Positions 7,308 to 15,602 of a stretch of DNA of 31,248 bases are shown here, piece after piece (position 1 is the first letter of the stretch; each line of letters starts with the position of its first letter). The stretch covers positions 1 to 31,248 of IMG/VR virus record IMGVR_UViG_3300025635_000110; one strand, given 5' to 3'. Source of the stretch: a virus (taxonomy: Duplodnaviria; Caudoviricetes). The position numbers were made by a program, and so were the translations under genes. The notes below the pieces were generated by a model. The model was not told the DNA's origin. It searched no databases and worked only from the letters and a program-made list of their open reading frames with translations.

Positions 7308-7511
7308 TTACTTGTTGCGGCTGGCGTTGAGCATCTTCGCTTTGTAAGAAGCTTCGCTGAGGCTGTTATTCCCTGCAATGTAATCGCAGACAAACCCAAG
7401 CTTCTCTTGATCCGTCAGATTTTCGGATCGAACGATGCGGAGCATCCAAAACTGACCAACTTTGCACAGCTTGTTGAGGTGAGGCTGAATGACGGATTCG
7501 ACAGTGTTCAT
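7308..7511 (-). CDS. Hypothetical protein
   Basis: 67 aa; preceded by the repeated leader module. Confidence 0.65.
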   Translation of the reverse strand: MNTVESVIQPHLNKLCKVGQFWMLRIVRSENLTDQEKLGFVCDYIAGNNSLSEASYKAKMLNASRNK

Positions 7512-7566
7512 GGTATTTGATGGTATGAGTTATGGTTTGTTGCGCGTTGGAGAGTCGCGCCCCTCG
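7507..7566 (-). repeat. Repeated hairpin leader module, copy B
   Basis: 17-bp identity with copy A; upstream GCGCG/CGCGC stem. Confidence 0.75.
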
Positions 7567-7573
7567 TTAAATT

Positions 7574-7762
7574 CTACTGCCAAACAGGACCGGCAGACAT
7601 GATGAACGGGTTGGATGCGGACTTTGCAGCATCTTCAAAGCTCCATCCGCTTTTGGAAAGAATGTGGGAAGCGATTTCGGCTGCTTGAAACTTCGTCACC
7701 TTAGCCTTCGGGAAGCTGTAGACGATTTCGGTGATTTTGTTGAGTTTGGTTTGCTTGGTCAT
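7574..7762 (-). CDS. Hypothetical protein, first gene of the accessory unit
   Basis: Start re-called to ATG 7762 (MTKQTK...), 62 aa, downstream of the promoter/operator. Confidence 0.6.
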   Translation of the reverse strand: MTKQTKLNKITEIVYSFPKAKVTKFQAAEIASHILSKSGWSFEDAAKSASNPFIMSAGPVWQ

Positions 7763-7807
7763 CGTATTCGTTCCGTTTCTCGCGGCTTGATTGCCGTCGA
7801 TGGAGAG

Positions 7808-7872
7808 AGTTAAACCCAACGCTCGGTTCTCTGCAACAGAAAACTGCAACTTTTTTCACTTCTTCAAAAAAA
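7808..7872 (-). promoter_or_regulatory. Putative promoter containing operator copy 2
   Basis: TTGCAG (7836-7831), a weak -10 region (TTAACT), upstream A/T tracts; AACCCAACGCTCGGTT at 7813-7828 fills the spacer. Confidence 0.55.
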
Positions 7873-7964
7873 GCCCGTAAACATTGGGGAAAATGCGGTG
7901 TTTCTTGAGGTGAACCCAACCCGTCATGGGATCTCCCCATGCACCATGCCGCATTTTCTGAAGG

Positions 7965-8387
7965 TCAGTCAGCGTTGATTCTCACGCTGCATCCAGAGGC
8001 ATACAAAGCGTAAGTCTTCGTCGCTGTGATCTGGTAGACCTGCGAGTCGTCGAGCCAGACCCGTTGAGTGTCGGTGATCGCATCGGTCACCGCTTTGATG
8101 AGGTTGTCCAAGTCTGGCTTCTTTGGGTGCCAGACCGGAGATTTCGGCTTAGGCCATCCGTGCTTGTCCAGATGCGCTTTTGGTCTCGGTAGGAAGAAGT
8201 CTAGCTGCAACCTAATCGGACCCGTCATAAGCGATTCTGGAGCGTTTGCGGTGGCTTCCTGACGCACCGCTTGCTTCCACGCATCGGCTGAGTCTGGAGT
8301 GTATACGCCAGCATGATTCCCACGCCTAAAGGCTTTGACTCGCGGTTGAGCCTTCGGAATTCCGCTGACATGGAAGTCAAGATGCAT
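7965..8387 (-). CDS. rusA: Holliday junction resolvase, RusA family
   Basis: KPDLDNLIKAVTDAI...DDSQV signature. Confidence 0.92.
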   Translation of the reverse strand: MHLDFHVSGIPKAQPRVKAFRRGNHAGVYTPDSADAWKQAVRQEATANAPESLMTGPIRLQLDFFLPRPKAHLDKHGWPKPKSPVWHPKKPDLDNLIKAVTDAITDTQRVWLDDSQVYQITATKTYALYASGCSVRINAD

Positions 8388-8697
8388 GACTGATCTCGTG
8401 GATGCGGCCAGTCACGCGAGGGTTGGCGTACCACCAGCCGGTCTGGCTCTTGTCGGCTGTCGCGTCACAATCACCGTCGAACATGATGTAAGTGCCAGCG
8501 ACCAATTGATCTACGATCTCCATGTCGTCGCGGTCGAATGATCGGAACTGGACCCGTTGAGAGTACGGCTTGCCGTTTCCCAACGTGCGCTGTTCAAATT
8601 CAATGACCGCCAACAGGAACGTCTTGCCATCGTCGGTGGTGATTAGTTCTGCGTCTCTGTACAACTTGCCGAAACCCCTAGCCCATAGATGTCTCAC
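8377..8697 (-). CDS. OB-fold SSB-like protein without an acidic tail
   Basis: 106 aa; GKLYRDAELITTDDGK...QLVAGTYIMFDG resembles the SSB OB fold; lies in the recombination module. Confidence 0.5.
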   Translation of the reverse strand: MRHLWARGFGKLYRDAELITTDDGKTFLLAVIEFEQRTLGNGKPYSQRVQFRSFDRDDMEIVDQLVAGTYIMFDGDCDATADKSQTGWWYANPRVTGRIHEISHAS

Positions 8698-9128
8698 AGC
8701 GTGTACCCTCCCAAGCGAGCCGGTGAGTAGGACGGAGACTTCACGATCTTGCCGTCACTGCGGCGGACAATGTGTCGGTTGTCTCCAACGCGAGTGGATC
8801 GGCAGTCAGCAGGGATGGAGTCGATCTCGTCGTCGCTCCAGCACTTGCTCATGTTAGAGCGGTGAATCTCGCAGAACGCAGCATCGACTTGATGCGGAGA
8901 GAATCCAGCAGCGAGCGCGGCCCCATAGACGACGTAAAGCAGATCCCCAACAGCGTCGAGGTACTCGACCTTATCGGTGGCCTCATTGAGTTCTTGGGCT
9001 TCCTCGTCGATCAGTCGATACCGCAAGTTCTGCGTGACCGGATCTGGCATGACTGGCGATGACGGGACGTACTGCTGAAACGTCCGCATGAACTCGCGGA
9101 CTAATTCCATTGGGTGGGTCTGGTTCAT
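8694..9128 (-). CDS. MazG-like / PRA-PH-type NTP pyrophosphohydrolase
   Basis: LIDEEAQEL...DAVGDLLYVVYG...EIHRSNMSK...DGKIVK; start re-called to ATG 9128. Confidence 0.88.
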   Translation of the reverse strand: MNQTHPMELVREFMRTFQQYVPSSPVMPDPVTQNLRYRLIDEEAQELNEATDKVEYLDAVGDLLYVVYGAALAAGFSPHQVDAAFCEIHRSNMSKCWSDDEIDSIPADCRSTRVGDNRHIVRRSDGKIVKSPSYSPARLGGYTL

Positions 9129-10228
9129 TTGGTTCGGGTCAATGTGGGTTGTGAGGCTTTCGATTCGATACATCCGTCGAGCAAAGCGGTCAGCTTCGCG
9201 TCGAGTTCTTTGCCTTTGGTTTCGGTTGCCACTTTCAACGCATCTTTGAGCTTCGTCTTGTTGATTGTTATGGCTGGCATGATGTCCTCGTAAGTCCCGC
9301 CACTTTCGATAAATCGAAGGTAAACGGTCTCGGTGTCTTTGATGGTCTCACGCACTGCACCTTCTTTGAGCGTCCACCCTTCGATTGCATCTCCTTCGGA
9401 GAGCCTCCTTCGGGCCTCAGATCGGCAAGCTTCAATGACAGCTTCCGCTTGCGCTGCACGGTCAAGAAACGCTCCAAGCGTCTGATTGGTCAGTGTGGCG
9501 GCTATAGCGTCGGGCGTTATGTTGTCTGGCGCATTGGTAAGGGGACCAGCAACGGCCAACTCTCGCGCTTCGGGACAGAACGGTTTCCCTTTGCAGTACC
9601 GGCAAGCGGACTCGGATGGAGTGCGCGGATGTCCAATCTTCTGGATCTGCTCCATCAGATCAGCAGACTCAGCGATTGCGTTTCGGATATCCGCTGACTC
9701 GTAGACTGCGACACTTGGCGGTCCTGCAAGAGGCTGCACAATTGCCACAGTGATCCGGTCAAACGTGAACCCAAAGTTCTCGTCCAGCAGAGCGACCAAA
9801 CACCTAAGCTGGAGATTCTCGGCAGCGTTCTCGACTGCACCGCGACCGCTCTTGTAGTCGATAATCAGACCAGCAGAGCCAACAACGTAGATGACATCCG
9901 GTTTTCCGCTCCACAGTTTGACTCCACGGTCGTCGATGGACCACAGACGCTTCTCGCGCCACACATTCGGCTCTTCTGTGGCTTCTGGGAACGTCGCTTT
10001 GACCAACTCCAATTCCTGCTCTCTACATCGGTCAATGGTCCATGTCTCGTCTGAGGTCAGATCATCCACCGGCTCCATCGCAAGAGCGGCGTGGATTCGG
10101 TTGCCAATGGTCGCATCGCTTGTCGCGGCACCTTCTGCAATCTGCTTCTCTAACTGCCAGCTACCGAGACAAGCAGCGTACCGGCTCGCAGACGATGCGG
10201 ACGGAAGACCTAAGCGTTCGTCACTCAT
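9125..10228 (-). CDS. DUF2800/Cas4-like PD-(D/E)XK exonuclease
   Basis: SASSASRYAAC, GNRIH, GKPD...IIDYKSG, NLQL, CRYC...C; start MSDER at 10228; adjacent to the RecT/Bet gene. Confidence 0.85.
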   Translation of the reverse strand: MSDERLGLPSASSASRYAACLGSWQLEKQIAEGAATSDATIGNRIHAALAMEPVDDLTSDETWTIDRCREQELELVKATFPEATEEPNVWREKRLWSIDDRGVKLWSGKPDVIYVVGSAGLIIDYKSGRGAVENAAENLQLRCLVALLDENFGFTFDRITVAIVQPLAGPPSVAVYESADIRNAIAESADLMEQIQKIGHPRTPSESACRYCKGKPFCPEARELAVAGPLTNAPDNITPDAIAATLTNQTLGAFLDRAAQAEAVIEACRSEARRRLSEGDAIEGWTLKEGAVRETIKDTETVYLRFIESGGTYEDIMPAITINKTKLKDALKVATETKGKELDAKLTALLDGCIESKASQPTLTRTK

Positions 10229-10883
10229 TGGTCGCTCCTTCCTCGGTGGCGGGTTGAGCGTTGGTCTCGACACTGACACTCGGGATTACAACCGGAGGCT
10301 CGACAGTCGGCTCAAGCTTTGACCGGAAAATGGGACGAGACGGAGTGACGTTGAGCGCGACTTGCGGGATAGCTTCTTCGTCGTCGCTGATTCCAGAGAA
10401 CCCAAACGCAACGCGAGCGCATTGGATCAATGCTTTGTGTCGCAGCATTCGACGAGGGTTGACCTTCCACGGCTCAGTGTTGCGTGAACACTCCGAGAAA
10501 TACTCGGTGACCTCCACCGGATGGGCGCGATCTTTAACGTGGATCGTAGCGGTCACACTCCACGGCTTGCCGTCTTTGTCTTCCGTCGTGAACTGGATGC
10601 CATCGAAGCTCGGATGGCTGTTCATCATCTTAATCCAGCCATCAACGCTGACCACCGGCTGGATGCCACCATTGCGAGCGGGAAATGCGTAGATCTCGCG
10701 AGTGAATGGATTTAACCCGTACTGGTTAGCCGTGACGACGAAGCTGAGAAGTTCTTCGTTCGACGCTTTGGGCATCAACGTAGCCTTCAGCGTCTCCAGC
10801 AAACGGGCTGGCTCAACGTTGAATTTGCTCGCCATTATCGCGAGCGCGGACTGTTTCTGACTTGGGATCAACTCTTGTTTCAT
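10221..10883 (-). CDS. bet: ssDNA-annealing recombinase, RecT/Bet family
   Basis: YGLNPFTREIYAFP...PVVSVDGW...PWKVNPRRMLRHKALIQCARVAFGFSGI; start MKQEL at 10883. Confidence 0.9.
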   Translation of the reverse strand: MKQELIPSQKQSALAIMASKFNVEPARLLETLKATLMPKASNEELLSFVVTANQYGLNPFTREIYAFPARNGGIQPVVSVDGWIKMMNSHPSFDGIQFTTEDKDGKPWSVTATIHVKDRAHPVEVTEYFSECSRNTEPWKVNPRRMLRHKALIQCARVAFGFSGISDDEEAIPQVALNVTPSRPIFRSKLEPTVEPPVVIPSVSVETNAQPATEEGATNE

Positions 10884-11022
10884 AGGTCTTCTTTGGCCTC
10901 CCCCCGCGCTTTCCATTCGCACGAGCAGTTTTGGCCTTTGCCAGTGAAGATTTACGCCCCATCTCCTGCGCGATCTCGCGCAAGCTAACGGCAAAAATAT
11001 GCTGACAGGACGGACATTTCAT
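10813..11022 (-). CDS. Small Zn-ribbon / basic NGKRGGRP protein, candidate regulator
   Basis: MKCPSCQH...ARANGKRGGRPKK; first gene after the promoter. Confidence 0.65.
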   Translation of the reverse strand: MKCPSCQHIFAVSLREIAQEMGRKSSLAKAKTARANGKRGGRPKKTYETRVDPKSETVRARDNGEQIQR

Positions 11023-11034
11023 CGGCTGGACAGA

Positions 11035-11063
11035 CACTTAACCCAACGCTGGGTTTCCGTCAA
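11035..11063 (-). promoter_or_regulatory. Putative early promoter containing operator copy 3
   Basis: TTGACG (11063-11058), 17 nt, TAAGTG; AACCCAACGCTGGGTT at 11040-11055 fills the spacer. Confidence 0.6.
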
Positions 11064-13804
11064 GCGGAGAGTTCGTTGGGAAGGCGGAGGCTGACATACC
11101 GAACCGCTCGGTAATACTGCTGACCCAAAATGTCGTCGTAATAGCTGGCAATCTCGACGGTCTCGCCAACGCCATACGCTCTCAGCGGAATCCATGCGGT
11201 CGCAGCAATCGGCGTGACGAGATTGGGCTGCGCGTTGGTGGCGTCAAAATTGTAGGCGTTGAAGCCATTAGATCCGCAGTAACCAGCAAGCGCGGACTGG
11301 CTGACGTACCAGTAGGGATTACCAGACGGATCGTCTGCGGTCTGCGATACAATTCCATTTGCCAAGCAGACGTTGTGCTGCTCTTCGCTCAGGTAGAAAA
11401 CCGCTTGCCCACCTTCGATGCCGGTGGTCGTCAGGTCTTTCGGGATCTGGATTCCGAGTCTCGAAGGTGCAGGATTACCACTCAAATCGAATCCGTTTAT
11501 CGGGCAAGCGACTTCTCCCAAGCACAACGGAATCGCTCGCGTCCACGCTCTGACGGTCCATTCCAGCAAGTTCCACAGATAGGCAGTCTTCGGGATCTTG
11601 TGGTAGAAAGCTCCGTTGAGCGTGTAATTGATCGCGTCAGACTGGACGACGTATGGAAGGTTGAAATACTGATCGGTATCCCGCCAACGGATTTCGGCTA
11701 GATGCGACTGATTGAATCCGGTGTTTGCCGTGATTGATCCTGTCCATGGCGCCAGACCAGCCATCGTGGGAGCATTCAGATCTTTGAAAATGTCATCAGC
11801 GACCAGATCTGGCGTTGCGGTCGTCGTCTGAACCGGCAATTGAAGCGTCTGATTCGGTTGACCTAAGATCCGCACGGTTGCGTCAACACCACCTGCACCA
11901 CCCCACTTGTTGACCCAGAAATCTGACCCGTGAACGTTCTCAATCACCGGATCATTCGGGTCCGTCGAATAGACCCGAGAAAGGTTTGCATCGTAGACGC
12001 TCGACGAGAACCCCCACGGTCCACCCACCGGAACATACCCACAATCGACGGCGGGGAAATAATCGGAAGCAGGAACCGACAAGTTAGGGAAGACGTGCTT
12101 GTACCAGCCGCTGGAACTCGCTGGAGTCTGGAGGTAATAGACTTTTACTCCTGACGTGTACCGTGTTCCGCTCCAGCCAATCGCAGGTGAGAAACCGGCG
12201 GCTTGCGATTCGGTCCAAAGCTCAAACTTGTTTGCCGTTCGCTCGTAGCTTGGCAGATCGCTCATGGCGTTGGCATCGAATGACAAGATGCCGACAGCAG
12301 TCGCAGCGCGGACCATCAATCCAAGCGGCGTCAAAGCAACCCGAGAAACCTTCTCTTCGGAGATGTCCACTTCGTCGTCGTAGGCGTTGAGAAACCCTTC
12401 TTCGACGGCAACACGGCGGCGCAAAGTCCGCATTGTCTCAAACCAATCTGGCTCGTTTCCAGCGGTCCACGATGTCGCGGAAAGCGAGTTCAACAGGTTC
12501 TGAGTCCACACTTGCTTCGGATAGACAGTCGAAAAGTAAGCGAGCGTTGGACTGATCTCCCAATAAGGAAGTGTGTCAGTGAAGAACACGTTGCAGTCCA
12601 CCGGATAGATTCTAATTGCGGTGTTTCCTTCAACCGTCCGCAGCCCCAACGCACCGCCGATTTGAGTCACTTCAACGCCAATCGACCGCAGTGTCTCAAC
12701 GAAGAGATTGGTGTCGCGGAAAACCTTCATGTAATCCGCAATGACCGCATTGGTCAGCGTGTTGTAGACCTGAACCCTAGCACGTCCCCAACTGAAAATG
12801 AGGTCTCCAATCGGCGTGTTAGCGTTCTCTGGGTCTCCGTAAACGTCGGGGTACGTCTGCCGAATGTCGAACGGGATGAAAGGGTCATGCCAGCCTCCCA
12901 ATGCTCGAAACCATTGGGTCAGCACAAACGGATTTGCGACGTTGTTTGCTCGCTCTGATCGCTCATGGGCGACAAATGGAGTGACCGGCCAATCATACAT
13001 CGGCGGACCACCGGCAAAGTATGGGACATCGCCCCTAAAGAATGGGAAGAAGTACTGACACTGAGACCCACTCGGCCAAGTCGTAGCCCATTTCCCATCA
13101 GCTTTGCGTCTGAATGAGCGGCAACCGTACGGACCAACTGACTCACGCTGGCTGGAACCGTCTGGATTCTGCAAGAAGACTGTCGCGGTGTTTTCGCTCA
13201 GATTGTGGACCCTCCAGCAATCGAACCGCTGGTAGGTGTTGAAGATTCGGAACTCTCTCGGGCCTTTAAGCTCAATCTCCGCAACAGCGACTTTGTGCTT
13301 ATGGATGCGACCGGGAGGGAGCGTTGGAACATCAGCCCCAAGACTTCCTCGAACGTATGAGTTCAACGCTCCGTTCTCGTCCCATCCCAAGTGAATATCA
13401 TAGAGAACCCCATCAATTTCTCGTCGCAGCAGTTCAAACGAGAAGTGAATCTGTTTTACGTCGCAGCTAAACGACTCTCCTGCAATGGGGTATTTATCGA
13501 CGTAAATCTGACCTCCAGCAGTGTCGAGGTGGGCGTTCTCTAGCTTTGAAAGCTCAACGGACGCTTGCGCTTGGTCGTAATTCTCAAGATACGCTCCCTC
13601 ATTGGTCAGCGTGTAGGTGTATGTCACGCCATACGGGACATCCAAACCAAACTCAAACTGACTCGGCTCGTCGTATGGCTTCTTTGCTACCTTTGGACTC
13701 TTGCCGTCCAATACTCTAGCGCACTTCTGGTCGAAACGAGCATACAACCCGTTGAGGTTGCGAGCGTTGAACATCCGGTCCCGCTTATCCAACGCGAACG
13801 GCAT
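11060..13804 (-). CDS. Large putative virion protein (tail tip / receptor-binding candidate)
   Basis: 914 aa, aromatic- and Pro-rich; last gene of the tail module; no family recognised. Confidence 0.55.
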   Translation of the reverse strand: MPFALDKRDRMFNARNLNGLYARFDQKCARVLDGKSPKVAKKPYDEPSQFEFGLDVPYGVTYTYTLTNEGAYLENYDQAQASVELSKLENAHLDTAGGQIYVDKYPIAGESFSCDVKQIHFSFELLRREIDGVLYDIHLGWDENGALNSYVRGSLGADVPTLPPGRIHKHKVAVAEIELKGPREFRIFNTYQRFDCWRVHNLSENTATVFLQNPDGSSQRESVGPYGCRSFRRKADGKWATTWPSGSQCQYFFPFFRGDVPYFAGGPPMYDWPVTPFVAHERSERANNVANPFVLTQWFRALGGWHDPFIPFDIRQTYPDVYGDPENANTPIGDLIFSWGRARVQVYNTLTNAVIADYMKVFRDTNLFVETLRSIGVEVTQIGGALGLRTVEGNTAIRIYPVDCNVFFTDTLPYWEISPTLAYFSTVYPKQVWTQNLLNSLSATSWTAGNEPDWFETMRTLRRRVAVEEGFLNAYDDEVDISEEKVSRVALTPLGLMVRAATAVGILSFDANAMSDLPSYERTANKFELWTESQAAGFSPAIGWSGTRYTSGVKVYYLQTPASSSGWYKHVFPNLSVPASDYFPAVDCGYVPVGGPWGFSSSVYDANLSRVYSTDPNDPVIENVHGSDFWVNKWGGAGGVDATVRILGQPNQTLQLPVQTTTATPDLVADDIFKDLNAPTMAGLAPWTGSITANTGFNQSHLAEIRWRDTDQYFNLPYVVQSDAINYTLNGAFYHKIPKTAYLWNLLEWTVRAWTRAIPLCLGEVACPINGFDLSGNPAPSRLGIQIPKDLTTTGIEGGQAVFYLSEEQHNVCLANGIVSQTADDPSGNPYWYVSQSALAGYCGSNGFNAYNFDATNAQPNLVTPIAATAWIPLRAYGVGETVEIASYYDDILGQQYYRAVRYVSLRLPNELSA

Positions 13805-13807
13805 AAA

Positions 13808-14023
13808 TCAATAAAACCAAGAATCCTCGGAGGTCTGCACAACCGTCGTTCCAACTGGCTGACGTATCTTCAACACAGTGCCATTTGGCGTCTGCTCAAT
13901 CGCTTGATCCGGTCCAGCCACAAGCTGGATCTTGCGGACAACATCAATAAGCTGATTGATAGCGCGAGCGTGTTCTGTTTTAAGACCACGCTCTGCAACT
14001 TTAGCTGGAAGAGAGACAGCCAT
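13808..14023 (-). CDS. Small minor tail-module protein
   Basis: 71 aa; INQLID...EQTPNGTVL; tightly packed in the operon. Confidence 0.6.
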   Translation of the reverse strand: MAVSLPAKVAERGLKTEHARAINQLIDVVRKIQLVAGPDQAIEQTPNGTVLKIRQPVGTTVVQTSEDSWFY

Positions 14024-14379
14024 TAGATCTCGCAGAATTGAGCGAATATCTTGAGGGGATTTGTAACTGCTTTGACGTACAGAGCAGCCTCAGCCCTAGG
14101 AATCAAGATGAACTCTTGTGGCGGGATCATAAACGGATATGGGCTTGAAGGCCCAACATAAACCGAATTCTGTAGGTCCATATTGTAAATCAAGCACTTG
14201 TAAGGCAACGAGAGATCAGAAGTGATTCCGAGAACCTCATCCGAAGTCCCAACGTCTTGCGTGGTCTGTCCCATGTCGCGGCCAGTCATGTTGACCACCG
14301 CAGACCATGTTTGAGAGTTGATGGATGCCCCATCTTTCGCGGCATATAACCGCGCTGACATTTGGATTTCGTTCGCCAT
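14023..14379 (-). CDS. Beta-rich putative virion protein, paralogue B
   Basis: About 47% identical by manual alignment to 14390-14749. Confidence 0.75.
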   Translation of the reverse strand: MANEIQMSARLYAAKDGASINSQTWSAVVNMTGRDMGQTTQDVGTSDEVLGITSDLSLPYKCLIYNMDLQNSVYVGPSSPYPFMIPPQEFILIPRAEAALYVKAVTNPLKIFAQFCEI

Positions 14380-14389
14380 AGGTCAAACC

Positions 14390-14749
14390 TTAGACTTCGC
14401 AGAACGTAGCTTGAACGGTCACAGCGGAGGTGTCCGCTTTCAAATACAACGTCGCGCTAACGTAAGGCATCAGCAGCGTTTCACCAGCAGGAATACGCAT
14501 AGTGTAAGTGCCAGAGACAAATCCCAACTCGACGAAGTTGGAGTTGTCGAGATTGGAAATCAACAGCTTGTATGGGCTGGTGACATCAACTGGAACATCC
14601 AAAGCTTCAACGGTGGTTCCAATCAACTGAGTCTGGGAACCCATATCGGTTCCAGCCATCGTCGCGCTCTTGGTGTAAGTCACACTCGGGAGATACGCTC
14701 CGTTTTTAGCAGCGTACAGTCGAGCCGTCATTTGAATTTCGTCAGCCAT
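14390..14749 (-). CDS. Beta-rich putative virion protein, paralogue A
   Basis: MADEIQMTARLYAAKNGA...FCEV versus MANEIQMSARLYAAKDGA...FCEI. Confidence 0.75.
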   Translation of the reverse strand: MADEIQMTARLYAAKNGAYLPSVTYTKSATMAGTDMGSQTQLIGTTVEALDVPVDVTSPYKLLISNLDNSNFVELGFVSGTYTMRIPAGETLLMPYVSATLYLKADTSAVTVQATFCEV

Positions 14750-14758
14750 GTTATTTTA

Positions 14759-15601
14759 TCAGTTTGGTGGGTTGTAAGGGTAAGCGAAAAGATCCCAAGC
14801 AGCAAAGGTCCAAGTCTCGTTTCGTTCAACTTGGTTGGTTTTGATAATCAACGAAGTTGAATCGTTTGTCTTTAGCCAAGACCACGCAGTTCCATCAGGA
14901 GTCAAATCAGGATCAACCGGCGGTCTCGGCATCATGGTCCTAACCGAATCAGGGAATGCATTACGAGCCGCAAGCACTTCTCCGGTGTAGATCGAAGAAA
15001 TAATCGGAGGAGTCGCAGGAAGCCCATTACGAGCGGAGAACGACGAGACGCGAGTCAGAGATACTCGGCTCGTTTGGAAGCTGTCCTGACCCCTCGCAAG
15101 TCGAATAACCAACTGGCTTGCAAGCGGGAATTGAGACTCCGAAAACGTCAGCTTGTTGTTCTTTGGGTCTTCACCAGCAAGCTTGATGGCAGAGAAGTAA
15201 TCAGCCTCAGTCGCTCCAGATCCAAATGTCGTGACAAACCGTTTTGCTTCAGCCCTTACATAAGGAAGTGCAAATAGCGATGCGTCAATGTACTCTGTGC
15301 GGAACTCAAACCGAGTCGTCGGCTCTTCTTGAAACGGATCAACCGGAGAAAGTGGAGCGTTTGGGTCAATCTGACTTCCAGCAAACGTGACAGTTGCTTC
15401 CGAGTACGGTCCGTCTTCGTTTATCTGATATTTGCCACCAGCAGCGACCCAATCAGCAGAAGCAAGGCGCAAAGCATCTTTGCTTCCACGATACTTGTAA
15501 GTTATATAACGACCAGTGCCGTCTCCGTTATTGTACTGTCTAGAGACTTCAATGTATCCAGTTCCGACTGGTACAATTGTATTTGTTTTGATTGTTGCCA
15601 T
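14759..15601 (-). CDS. Putative distal tail / baseplate protein
   Basis: 280 aa, immediately after the tape-measure candidate; positional call. Confidence 0.5.
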   Translation of the reverse strand: MATIKTNTIVPVGTGYIEVSRQYNNGDGTGRYITYKYRGSKDALRLASADWVAAGGKYQINEDGPYSEATVTFAGSQIDPNAPLSPVDPFQEEPTTRFEFRTEYIDASLFALPYVRAEAKRFVTTFGSGATEADYFSAIKLAGEDPKNNKLTFSESQFPLASQLVIRLARGQDSFQTSRVSLTRVSSFSARNGLPATPPIISSIYTGEVLAARNAFPDSVRTMMPRPPVDPDLTPDGTAWSWLKTNDSTSLIIKTNQVERNETWTFAAWDLFAYPYNPPN

Positions 15602-15602
15602 A

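Noticed and set aside
9125-10228. Cas4-like nuclease as evidence of a CRISPR system
   Set aside because: No repeat-spacer array or other cas genes; its position beside RecT/Bet indicates a recombination exonuclease.
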